Numbered from the stretch's first letter, positions 22,385-34,749 are shown. The stretch: 64,000 bases of DNA from Ascidiella aspersa (GCA_963924565.1 OZ004611.1:29760001-29824000); one strand, 5' to 3'. Notes: a model not told the origin generated them from the sequence alone. Translations and numbers: made by a program.

Positions 22385-23473
22385 TTAATGAATATTTATT
22401 AGTTTCAACGAACATATATACACACAAATTGACACTGGTACTGGCACTACAAGGTTTGCACCACGTCCGAATGTAATGTCCAGTTCTATTGTATATGGAA
22501 TGCAGATGAAGTTGTCGACTTTGTCTGAGTATCCCGAGGCCGTCGGTAGGTACGTCGCTGATCTTTTTAGGTTCTTCTTGATGGACTGGTCGTATACATG
22601 CATTTGAGTGACGAGTGCTCTGCATGCTGGCGGTTGTGCTGTTGCTACCTCCCACCACGGTGTTTCGAAGTAGTGCGTCACTGTTTTGTTTGTTGAGTGT
22701 GTTGCATATGGTGTGTGTATCTGCCTGCAGGAATTCTAGTGGTATTGTTGTGACGCTCTCTCCCAGTTGATATCTTTGACAGTTGTTGTGTATTCTTCCA
22801 CTGGAAATTCTGAGTATTGTCCCGAGTTGTTTTGGAATCCGTAGTCGAATTTGTTGTCGGTGTGGAATCCATGACGTTGTGTTGCCACGTCCATCAGCAT
22901 GATTGGCATGTTTCGTGCGTTGTCGTCGTGGTCGTTAATGCTGCTGCTGGCCATAGGTTGACCTTCCAGTTTGAGAACTTAATCATTGTGAACTTTTGTG
23001 CTAGCGATTTTACTCCTGCCGTATTGATTGCGTCTGAGTAGCCGTTTGGACCGTATACTCTCCATCTTCTTCCGATGTTGTTTCCTTTGTCCTCTACCAT
23101 TGCGTTCATTTGTCGACTGATTACAGCACTATGGACTATCATCGTTGATGCTTCTGTTGTGTTTCCATCCACCCATGTTTTCCACGCCTTGAATGTTCGT
23201 TCCTCTTGCGTCTGATGCCCCCTTTTGATAGAACCACCATGTTCCCTTTGCCATTGCCTTAAATTTGCATGTTTGTTGCACTGGGTGCATCCTTGGTACT
23301 GGTACTGTTGGTCCTCTCTTGACCCAGCCCCAGATTCTGTTGTAGCAGCCGGCGACAGTCTTGCGCTCGATGGATAGCATTCATAGGGCTGTTTCCTGGT
23401 ATGCTGGCGGGGGTTGCAGCTGTAGTAGTTGTAGTTCTTGTGCTGTTTTCTTTGCCTTTTTTGCAGGGGGCAT
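22385..23473 (-). pseudogene. cap: Putative single-jelly-roll capsid of the endogenous ssDNA virus (stops/frameshifts)
   Basis: Starts MPPAKKAKK (NLS-like). LAQKFTMIKFSNWKVNLWP, THYFETP and IPYTIELDITFGR resemble circovirus capsid strands (FEYYRIRKVKVEFWP, SRYFTP, YNIRVTMYVQFR). Ends 6 nt before ORF-X. Confidence 0.65.
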
Positions 23474-24199
23474 GTGAGGTAGTAGTGCTTGTTTTTAGCT
23501 TTAACCCCACGTACGAAATAACCTTCGATAGGTGAAAATTTATTTCAAGAAAAAGGCAATCCTGCTAATTTAACTGAAGTAAATCTTTTGGGCCTACAGC
23601 AGGAGACTATTGACCAAACTATTAATGTAAAGTTAAATTTCGAATTTTCCTGTTGTAATGGAACTGTTACCTTAAAGTTTACAGCTGTGATGTCATTATG
23701 ACGTCATATGCTCGTCTAATCGTTTTTATTTAATTGACTTTTTTGTTTGTTTGAACTTTACCTTTTATATAAGACTAATCTCAAGGTGTTTGGACTAATA
23801 TGAAATTTCAGCCTATATTGACATGCGTATGGTTTTGACGTCATTATGACGTGTTAGACACTAAATTTTTCCGGGGACTTTTTTTTGGGAATTTCCGGGA
23901 CCTTTCCTGATATGATTCAGCAAAAAAACCTTCTGTTGCAATTAGTTGTAGGTTTGAGCCTTTTTTCACCTAGATTTACTACTGGCCTATACGCGCACCT
24001 TCTTCAGTCACTTTTTGATTCCTTACCGAATACATATCCCTCCAAAAAGGGGTGCTTTTCCCTCTTCATTAGCATTGTCCAACTTCCAATCGCCAGGCGC
24101 TTCATTAATAACCACTTCCTGCACGTTCAAGGGCACTCACCTGGGAGTTCGCCGGTTTTTTTCCGGCTTTGGTAGACGCGACGGCCCTGCGAAGCTCAT

Positions 24200-24545
24200 C
24201 GTGCCAACCGAACAACTCTCCACATTGCATACTCGCTCTGGATTCGGGCCGCACTAATGCTGTCATCGGGGGTCGACACTAGCTCGGAAACCATCTTTCG
24301 ATTTTTCGACCTGATTCCCTTTATCGCATTCAACGTGCGACCTTTCAAGTACAAAAATAGCTCCTCGTTGACATTAACTCGTATAGCCGCCACTGTCCAT
24401 AAACTCATCGTCGCTCCAACGTATCTTTTTCACGGTATTCGTTACTCTGGCATGGTACTCCTCACCATCATGCTGCCTTTTCTCGTGCAAACCACGCGCC
24501 CATTTGTGGGGTACTTAAGTAAGCGTTCGCAGGTGCCACACAGGG
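24200..24545 (-). mobile_element. R2-type retrotransposon N-terminal fragment (C2H2 zinc finger + Myb domain)
   Basis: CGTCER...RGLHEKRQH, KKIRWSDDE, VNEEL..LKGRTLNAIKGIRSK across frameshifts. Confidence 0.75.
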
Positions 24546-25154
24546 TGGCCCACTTTGATCAGGGGCTGGGACTTCTGGTCAAGCCGCCCGTCAGATTTCT
24601 AAAAGTTTGTAAGTTTGTTTTGCCATAATCAACAGAAAGGGCGTGTACGCTTTAAAAGGCTGCGCTTGGCTACCTAAATCTAATCAAACATTTCTCTCTA
24701 TCTCCCGCCGAGAGTCGTTAGCCCGATTTTCGCCGTTTACTCGAGCTTGGTTGAATTTCTTCACTTTGAAATTCAGAGCATCCGAGTTCCTGGCACTGCT
24801 GCCCGGAAAGCAGTGACTTGCTGTCATCGTTATATAACAGCACATGCATTTTATACGATCGTTAATTGTACCGAAGTTCTTTATAGTGCATAAAGTCACA
24901 AGTCTGTTCTGCGCAATCTCAACTCCGTTTGAAACACATTGTGTGTATATTATCACACAGAAATATAAAAATAAATATATAACAAAGCACAAGGTGACAA
25001 TTTTGTTTGGTGTGTGAGTGAAAAATATCGTATTTTTTTTTATTTTCAAGCAATCCTTAAATGTGTAGTAGCCACATTAAAGTTAACAAAAAAATAAAAA
25101 TAGTAGTTAGAAGTTCTAGTTTTTTAACTAGCATTGTAATCACACTGTTGTGTT

Positions 25155-25337
25155 GAGTTCATTTAACCCAGTGAACTACAAAAAAGAAAAAAGAAAAAAT
25201 TTCTTTTAATAAAAAAAAAAATTATAAATATGCACTACTGTAATTTATAGTGGTGACAGCTCATTTGCATATTTATAATTTTTTTTTTCATTGAAAAATT
25301 TTTTTTCTTTTTTTAGTTCGCTGGGTTAAAGGAACTC
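25155..25337. promoter_or_regulatory. Long imperfect fold-back hairpin with inner stem-loop and octamer, downstream of Rep D
   Basis: Arms 25155-25234/25266-25337; inner stem 25233-25255; CTCATTTGCATATT 25260-25273. Confidence 0.6.
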
Positions 25338-25472
25338 CTAGTATGAATTAGTACCAATTTTTACATTAACCTTTAGTACCAGTACTAGTACCAAACACAT
25401 AATACAACGATATATACAATACAATACAGTAACTCAAAGTTCTATCCCCGCTTCTTTCATGAGCGTCTATAC

Positions 25473-25729
25473 CAGGGATGTCCAACATTTTATTATAGTG
25501 GGCCGCGCATTGAATGGGCCGCAGAACTTATTAAGTTTCTCAAGATTAAGTATTGCTCTTTACAGTTATAACGGGCCTTTAGAGTTACATATATATTTTT
25601 TTTACCTATATTATACTATTAGTGCTCCCCTAAAAGCTGACTGGTACAATTTAATTAAGCCAATATTGAACGTTTAAAATACTACTTGGGAATGAAAATG
25701 ACTAGCGGGCCGCAGGTTGGACATCCCTG
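25473..25729. mobile_element. hAT-type MITE
   Basis: TIR CAGGGATGTCCAAC; 8-bp TSD GTCTATAC/GTCTATAT. Confidence 0.85.
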
Positions 25730-25744
25730 GTCTATATATACCCT

Positions 25745-26315
25745 TATGTTCGAATTTCATCAGTGATGTCACTGGTTATTCTTTTTTGCTTTCCCATACT
25801 TGGTGTTGTTGACTCGGTCGTCCATTCAGCCTGCACGAACTACGTTTTATTGGCTGAATATATCCTTCAGTGCCGCCATTTTGATATTCGGATTCTTGCT
25901 ATTTGTTGTGACAAAGGCTAGCGTTACAATCATTATGGTGCATGAACTTTAGGGCGGCCAGCAGGGCATCGTTATTAAAAAAGCTGGGTCCAGCGTCATC
26001 CACTTTTAGAACTTTGTGTCGAAAGCGTAGCGCCATCTGGCCAACCCCTTGAGAATCTTGGTCATAACAGGGTCTTCCCCACGTAAGAGAATATGTTGAG
26101 CATATTGAATTCCACCTTCTTCCGCTCTAGCTTCCAATCCTGCTTCTATTAAGATTAGCATTAATTCATCCGTTGTGAGGTACGAGTCGTCGAATGTAAT
26201 ATTCTTGGCTTCTTTTACTATGTCGTATATTGCTTTTTTGGCGGCCTCTACTGTCCACGTTTTCTGAGTATTTTTCTAAGTGCTGACTTTAATTTTGTTT
26301 TTCTTCTTCCCATAT
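25745..26315 (-). pseudogene. Endogenous Rep fragment D (helicase half)
   Basis: QYGKKKNK, AIYDIVKEAKN, LTTDELMLIL, SQGVGQMALRFRHKVLKVDDAG, FVTTN, KRITSDITDE. Confidence 0.85.
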
Positions 26316-28556
26316 TGCAGAGGTAGCAGCATTGTTACACATAAAATATATTTATTTTTTAAAAACCAAAAAATTTTGTAAGCTAAACAGTAAAAATGGA
26401 GCCAATTTTAAAGAATTTGGCGTTAAAAAAGCCAATCTGACAATCCTGGTCTATTTACCTCTGGTATTACAGTTGGTTTGAAACTAAATGTGAACCAATT
26501 GCAGTTCTGTAAGGTGCAAGCTCCAGCCTGGTGTCACCTAGTGTTAAGGTTGTAAGTGGGGTATTATTACTCTAGTCAGCAAAGCCAATTAGTGTATATT
26601 CCTGTGTTTATTTTTTATCTATCAAAGTTCCTTGCAAGTTTTTAGAAATATTTATATAATATATATAGATGAAAACACTTAATTCGTACAACGAATCGCG
26701 TCAAGCTATAGTCATATTAAGTGATAATACGATGACATCTGTTTGATAAGCCAGCGTCGTGTTATTCATAGCGTGCCGAACCGCATCTTCCGTGTTGCTT
26801 GTAAATATGCGAAGATTTCCTGTTTATTGTGACTCATAGACGACCGCGCGGTAACTAAAGCCTGTTTGTTTGCCACGTCAAGCAGTGAACAGAAGTCTTT
26901 GTTGTGCATTATTGTTTGGTTGCAGGCCCCTATACTGTTTCTACTAGCTTGTGTCACAAGTCTAGTTTTTAGCAAGCCGCGGTTTTTACTGCAGAATTCT
27001 AAATATGTATTTATAAGATTCAGGCCGTCTAGTTCTCGGTGGAGAGTCAGTCCACCGGTGTTAGTTATGCCCCTTTAAATACAATTTGACCTAGCATGTT
27101 TCTAACTAAGTACCAAAATGTTTTTTCTCTCTACATCACCCACAGGTTTGTGTGAGCAAGCAAAAAATGGCTGAGATTTCGCAGGCAAGCGATGAAGTCG
27201 ATCAAAATACTTAAGATGTTGATTTGGTGAGACTCCTTACCAAGAATAAATTCGTTTGTGGATTGTTTTTGCTAACAATTATTGATCAACAATATATACA
27301 ACACTCGGCTAAAATTTGCTACTTTTAGGTACATTTGAATTAATAGGAAAAAGGGCGCTGCACCTTGTTGGGATTAGGGTGGTATATGACCCACCCCACC
27401 CAAACATTGTGCATTGTTTGTGGTAGGATTCTAGACCAGCGCCGGAAAAAGTGTTAAGAATGCTAGTGCATTTGTTTTTAATGAAGTTTGAAGATTAATC
27501 TTTACCAGAAATTTTACGGTCGAGTTACCCGCATTTTGGTTGGTATTTTGCAAGGATCAGCCAAGCCAACCGCCTACGTTATCACGCGATTCAAGACCCC
27601 GTCAATATTTTTATTGTTACCAATAAGTTATATTTCCGCTAGGTTTTAATGATTACAATTGTCTAATTTTTTAAATTAACAGAACCACACAACCGTTCAA
27701 AGCCTTTGCGTTGGTGCTCAAGTTCATCAACAAATCACCCATGAGACCAAACAGTTTCACACTCACGAGACTCACGAGCATCATCATGTGCAGCATAACA
27801 TACAATCTGAAAACTTACATGTCGATGTTCACTATTATCTTCAACAAGGCAACGTCAAAAGAGATGACATTACTGAAGAAGGTCGGTGGAATTTTTATTT
27901 TTACAAACACCGTTGGATTTAAAAAAATTATTGAAAAAAAATGTTAAACGTTTTAAATAAATAAATATAAAGTTAAGATTTGACAAATTAAACTAAAAAT
28001 CTCAACAACCTGGATCGTGGAAAAGTTTTATTCACTCTACTGCTGTAGTGTGTGTAATGTCCAGATTTGCTTAGTTACTGGGCTTGATGATACCTCAGAC
28101 TAAATTTATTTTTTCTGCAGCTATAAAATAATACCGTTTTGGGGGGCAGCGTTTTATTAAATGTTTACGATTAGTAAGTTGTGCTTAATACAGGTTTTTA
28201 TTTAGAGCAACTAAGTGAATAATTATTGGCATATAAAATGGTGATATTGATATGCTGAATCTGTTTAAATAAATATCTGCTCAAGGGATAACATTCGCAC
28301 ATAAACTTAAAACTAACCGCATTAGTTCATTTTTTTAGTATTTAATCTCGTACATAAATAAATTGTGCTTTAAAAGATTCAATGTCTGATGATATTTCGC
28401 TGGAAATTATAAAGGAAGATCTCAAGAGACCGCAGAAAGAAGTTGTTTCACTCGGGCTAAATTACGACCAGGACAGCTTTCCCCGTGTTCATCCAGTTCT
28501 AAGAAAAGAGGAAAACTTTTATCGGGGTTCAACCGGTAAAACCAAAAACTACAAGC

Positions 28557-28744
28557 CTTCTCCACACAACAAAGGTACGAAGATTCCGACTCAAATGACC
28601 TCAGTTTTGAGCAGTGGCATACTTCTGTCGTCCCAAATTGCTACACAGCCCTTCTCCACACAACAAAGGTACGAAGATTCCGACTCAAATGACCTCAGTT
28701 TTGAGCAGTGGCATACTTCTGTCGTCCCAAATTGCTACACAGCC
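28557..28744. repeat. Perfect 94-bp tandem duplication in the NACHT exon
   Basis: 28557-28650 = 28651-28744. Confidence 0.95.
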
Positions 28745-30202
28745 TTAGTCGGGTCTCCTGGTTCTGGGAAATCAACCATTGCCAGACGACTATCAAACAC
28801 CTCTTGTATAACCTGGATTATTCTGTTGTGCATGAACATTAGTTATGGGTCAGAAAAAGTCACTCGGCAGGTTGTGGTTGATCATGCGGATCCGTGGTTA
28901 AGCGAAAGAAAACGAAACGCCATATTTGCAGCAATGGTTAAATTCCCAGGAAAATTTGGGATTAACTTGGTCACTTGATAATGTAAATCTTATGATACTG
29001 CCATGTTAGTTGAAGAGGTAGTTGCAAATTTATGCACCGGAAAGTTCTTTCCAGGCATTTCTATAGTTTTGACTTCCAGACAGACCACATTCTATAGTCA
29101 CTCTCCATGAATTACTTCGCCCTAAGGAAATTGTTTTGGTACACGAGTTTACACCAGACAACATGAAAACACTATTCTTTGCGTTCGCTCAAAATGAAGC
29201 CCAAAGAATATGGGAAAGCTTTACCAAACTTGCACCCATGTTGCTTGAGCTTTTGTCTTATCCCAGTTATGCTTCAACTGATCCTATTGGCTGCTTTGAG
29301 CACAGATAATCTTACCGAACTTTGTAACATCACCAACATTTTTACAGTTTTAGTTGAAAACCTGAGACGTTCAGGACATGCCAAGGGTTGTGACATTAAT
29401 TCAATCAAAATGAAACTTACCAAAATTGCCTACAACGCTACAAACAAGGGTACTGTCATTATGACTTTTCCACAAATGGCTAAGGAGGGTTTAAGTGATG
29501 TCATAGTTCAAGATATTATAATCGCAGTACCTGGGTATTCTTACTTTAACCAGAAACTTTTTGTCGGTTCCCATCAGCTGTTTCAGGAGTTTTTTGCTGC
29601 TCTCCATAATTAGCCAGCACACGAGTTTCAATGAGTTTAGTAAGATAGTGATTAAATTGGTCGCCGATTCTCACTGGGCGATGGTTAGAAGATTCGAATG
29701 TGGTCTTTTACTCGGAAACAACTTCACGATTTCCCAATCGGGTGAATGCTCCAGCGATGAGGAGTCAACAGAAAGCAAAACGATAAAAGCAGGTGTGTTT
29801 GTCATCATTTTTGCTTTTACATCTCACGTAGTGTTTACAACCCGCGTTTCTCAAACGATGTTTGGGTTTAGTGACTTGACCCAGAGTAATTGATTGTCTG
29901 ATTAGACAGGTCATTTTTTAAGCTATTAATAAAACCTTCTTTGCATGTTGTGTTATTTCAGTAACCCTAACGATGGAATCTGATGTTTACCAGTAAAATA
30001 TTACCTAAATATTTACAGATTTGCGTGCAAGGTTCTCTTCTTCGTGTGGATTATAAATAACTAGCGGATCTCTAGAAATTCACGAGATTTTACCTTTCTT
30101 TGCACATTTGTGCAGAGCTTTGACCTTCATAGGACGTTTGTTAAAGGTTAGCCTACCTGTTTCATAACTTAACAGTATACCTTGCCAGGTCGCTAAATTA
30201 TT

Positions 30203-30580
30203 GACTCCAGCCATAAGACCGAGACAAGAACAACATCAACGTCAGAATAAAACACAAATAGGAATGAGGCAAAAATAGGACCAATTATACCTAATGGTGT
30301 ATTAGTACCGTCTAAATCAGAATAAGTCCTAAATCCTTCGGAATAAGACCTAAAAAGTCAGAATCAGGCCTAAACAACACTTTAACTAAAGGGCCGGTGC
30401 CAGACCGATGGCCCGCGATCGTCCCACACTCTACCCACATGTTCGGGGGTTATTTTGGTCATTTAGGCCTTCTTCCGATTGATTATGCTGTACTAAAAAT
30501 CACTGCGTATTTGGCTGTATTATGCCGTTGGTATTGTTGCTTTTTGAGTGTTCCCCTGCACAACACATTTGCTTGCCTAA
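30203..30580. mobile_element. Copy of the GGACTCCAGCCATAAG repeat, in an NLR intron
   Basis: Homologous to 3231-3880. Confidence 0.7.
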
Positions 30581-32714
30581 TTTGCCCCTTATGTTTGTAA
30601 AATATTGATTTCTCTATACATTCCAGACAAGGCTGAGATGTTATCCAAACACTTACTCGAGCAATTCAAACGAAAGCCCATTGGTAAGAAGTATATTTTA
30701 TTAAATGATTCTGTGGAATTGATAAACCCTTAAAAAAATATTTTTTGTTTTGTTGAGCAGTGTTTTTGTTTAATTGCCGCCGATACGTGAACACTTATCT
30801 AAAAATGTTGGGAACCAGTGCATTAAACCGACCATTTTAACAATTCACGTTAGTGTCAATGTGCAATATTTAATAGTAGATATAAAATTGTGTTTAGACA
30901 TTGCAATTATTGCTGACTTGCAAGAATGCAAAGAAGAAGAAGTGCTCCAATCCTTCGCAAAGCACTTCCCTGTTGAAGCTGATTTTAGACGTCAACGCCA
31001 ACCCATCGGAGCAAGTGGCTTTCAACACGCCTTGGGACGGATGCTCCAGCATGTCGACAAATCAATCAATAAATTGAATCTGTCGGGCTGCAATCTGACA
31101 AGTCAAGGCTTGGAACACATTTGCGAAGAAATTGGAAAAATAAAGCTTTTTATGAATTTTATGTAGACTGTACATTACAGGAAATACTCTGTTTATGCGT
31201 GCCATAATTTTATTGCCATACTAACAACTAACATTAACATAAGTAGGTGTTATGGTTTTCATATTGCTAGGGAAATACATTCACAAATTTCTCAATAGTG
31301 CTTGTGCCTAAGCAAAATAAATCCCTTGAAAAATGAAGAGCCGCAGGTTGGCCACTGATTTTATATCAACTTAGCTTTAATTAAAAAATGTTTAACTCAA
31401 TGAACCAGAAGTCATACAGTTCCATTAAACTACAAACAAAAAACGAACCACCAGAACAGTTAAAAAACATTCTCCGTTGTCCCACACTTGTGCCTAAAAG
31501 AATAAATCCCAAAAATGTTTAACTGGATGAAGAGATCCACAAGAACTACTGTTCTAGATCAACCAATGCAACATTAAACATCCTTAACGCAATACCCTAA
31601 AAGTAATATTTATTAAACAATATACTAAAACTAACGAAAAAGTTGAAATGATTATATAATGCGCATTGTTAGTAATATATTAAATTTAGTTTTTTTAAAA
31701 GCAGGCCTAAGGTATTTGTGAAAACCGTGACCAGCATAATATTTTTCGATAATGTTCAAACGTTCAACTTAGCAATAAAAATATAACCCTGGTTAGAATT
31801 CAACAAAAAAGATAATGTTCAATTCTGTGCGGCCTTTTAAAAAATGTGAATCTGTCATAAGACTAATTTTTTGGTTCGGAGCTGTTGGATATTCTTGTAA
31901 TAGAGCGATTTTAGTAACAATGAAACGAAGAATAAACTCGCCGAAATTATTATGTTCGTACGGCGCTCCTTACAAAAATGACTGGAAAACAATTCTTCGC
32001 ATCAAATTAATTTCAACAGAGCAATTAAGAAATATGTGACCAACTACCAACGATATGTTTCTGTGAATTAGTTGAAGAGGCTTGACCTCAGCTTCAACCA
32101 CGAAATCCAAAACACCGGAGTCAAAAGTTGGTCAAGGATGTTTCAAAAGCTGGAAAAGTTGGTGTTGGTCAGTTGTGACCTCAGAGACATCAGTCCACTT
32201 ACCGAAGCCATCAAGAATAAAGATTGCAAAGTACCTTTGTTAAGGTTTTTTCTCAATAAGTAGGATAAACAGCTAAACAACCTAGTGATGAAATTTGAAA
32301 CAAATCTGGTAAATTGATTAAAATAAATAATTATTATAATACATTTTTGCTACTGCACCATCGAAAATTTGCGATAGTTATTGCAGTGTTCTGAAACAAT
32401 CGCTTTTTGTAATGGTCAAAATTATTGTTCTGTAATAAAATCATTGAAAAAGCTTCACATTGAAAGCAACACCGGTATCCAAAACTCTGGAATAAAAAGT
32501 TGGAGGTGTATCACCGACATCAGTCTACCAACGCCATCGGGAATAACGATTGTAACGTAAGATTGTTTTTAAAGTTGGTTTCTTAAAATTCAGTTCAAGG
32601 TACATCAGCGTCAAAAGGAATTAAAATTGATCCATAATTTTACAGGAAGATTTTCCTTAATATTTAGAAGTAAGATATTGAAACAAAATTTTAATTTATC
32701 TATTTGTATTTTTT

Positions 32715-34044
32715 GTTACCGCTGGTGTTGCCTCCTCCTCTTCTTGACTTGAAGGGCATGATCTTTTACTTGGTCGTTGATTGACTACTCTTCGGTTGCT
32801 CCTCTCGCTGTTGTCCTCTTGCAGTAGGTAACCTACATTGCGCACGTATTCCGCGATTTGTATCAACGATGGTTAGACCGCCATTTTTCTTTCTTCTAGC
32901 TTCTCCACGATTTCCATCGTCATTTCCGTAATATTCATCGGTCAGATCGCTTGTGATCCTTTTTTGATTCCCCAATTGTGGCGTAGCGCTGTCGTGGGTC
33001 CATTCGGCTGTCACAAACCTTCTTCGCATTGGCGCCATTTTGTGTAGTGAATTTGGCGCATTAGTTGTTGTTATAAAGGCGCACGTGGCCTCGTTATCCT
33101 GCCGGTCGCCGTGAGTTTTGGCGCTCCACGCATTGTGGTGCATAAACTTCACGGCGGCCAGCAGGGCGTCGTTATTAAAGAACGCACTTCCCGCATCATC
33201 GACTTTTAGGACCTTGTGTCGAAACCTTAGGGCCATCTGCCCCACGCCTTGAGAGTCGTTGGTGAGTATGGGACGCGTATACATACTCCACTGGGAAAAA
33301 GAATTTCCCTAGGAACGTTTTCCCCTTGCCCGCTACTCCGTGCAACATTATATGTGATTCAATTCCTCCCGCTGCACTTCTCCAGTCCTGCTTGAATTAG
33401 GACTAGAAGTAGTAGCTCGTCCGTTGTTAGGCTGTCTCTCCATGCCTCTTTTACCACGTTGTAGATGGCCTCCTTTGCTTCCTGTAGTTTCCACAGTGGG
33501 ACTTGTCAATTTCTTTAATACCCTCTTTAGCTTATTCTTCTTCTTCCCAAACTGGACTTGATTGTAGGCCCGTTTGGCGAGGAGTTCTGAAAAGGAGAAA
33601 TCTCTTTCGAATAGCCGTTCTTTGTATAGGTTCATCGACGGTTTGGTGTCGAATTCGCTCGCCACTTCTTCTGCAATTTTCTGCCACTTTCTGCCATTGT
33701 CCTTTGGCGCCCCCCACAAGCCTTTTTTGATGGTATGTCTGCTTCTTCTGCGTGCTTGTAAATGTATGCTACCCAAGCGGTTTGATCCTTTTAAACGTAA
33801 ACCCTAGCTTTTCTAACTCGTCTGATACTCGTTTCTTCGTCATGGCTGCCAGCTGTTTTCCCGCCCCCCAGACTCTTCATTGTGAATAATCCATGACGAT
33901 GGGGGCAGTTCGACCCTCCCTTCTCTAGGGGCCCTACATAAATGGTGTAGCGTTCCGTCTGGGTAATTCCAGCTTTTCCATTGATTGCCGTGAGGCCCAC
34001 TTTCTCCCTCTGAAGTTCTTGCTTGTCTCTTCGCAACCGTTCAT
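32715..34044 (-). pseudogene. rep: Endogenous Rep E, near full length, frameshifted
   Basis: MNGCEETSKNFRGRKWA(F)T, PHRHG, YIYK, GVAGKGKT, KVDD, ITTTN, MRRRF, KRSCPSSQEE. Confidence 0.9.
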
Positions 34045-34749
34045 CTTCTTCGTTATTATACAGTAGCAGCAGTGAGTAGTAGTAGTGCGTGCAGGCGTCG
34101 ATTTAAATTATAAATTAAGGTTGAGAGATCTCAAAATAATTTGGCACAAACACTCATCTTGACTTTTCAATTCATACTAGGAGCGGCCCGCCTGAGAATT
34201 GTAATATTGCATTCACAATGCAAGATAATTTTATCGTCGGTTTTATATCAGAAAATAATTCCATAAGACAAAAAAGGCTAAATTTAAAAACCCTACAATT
34301 TTGTTCTCCTTTCGACCGCTGCATCTGTATAATAATAAATCGTGACTAGGAAGCAAATGGTTATCGATTAGTTTGGTGAAAATATCATTTCAATCCACAA
34401 AATAAAAAATGAATTCAGTTGCGCAAGTCATAAAAGTCAGAACTATTATGCAATTTTTGTATTTATACACATTATACATTATTGGCATAAACGAATAATT
34501 ATTGCTACTCGCGAATTTGTTGAGGGTAAAAAAATGAAGTCAATAATAGAGATCGACCGATATTTAAATTGTTTATCACTTTTTTTGTATTGCTGGAACT
34601 GAAGATGGTGATGCGCTTAGAAATCTTCTTACTAATTGTGAAAGTATTGCATATATTTCTATGTGTGTGTTTCCAACATTTAAGTGGGCTAATGGTGTTT
34701 CTTTAAGATACTTACTTCTCAATCTCATCCTTTAGTCTTCCTGTTATAA

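Larger units (their letters stand above)
27167..32556 (+). pseudogene. NLR-type NACHT-LRR gene, disrupted
   Basis: Phase-compatible exons 27167-27226, 27683-27881 and 28377-~29790 (GSPGSGKST, LTSR, HQLFQEFFAA); LRR exons ~30899-31140, 32072-32230, ~32440-32556. Contains premature stops and frameshifts. Confidence 0.8.

Noticed and set aside
34063-34090. AGTAGT run as a Polinton terminus
   Set aside because: No matching TIR, polB or integrase.
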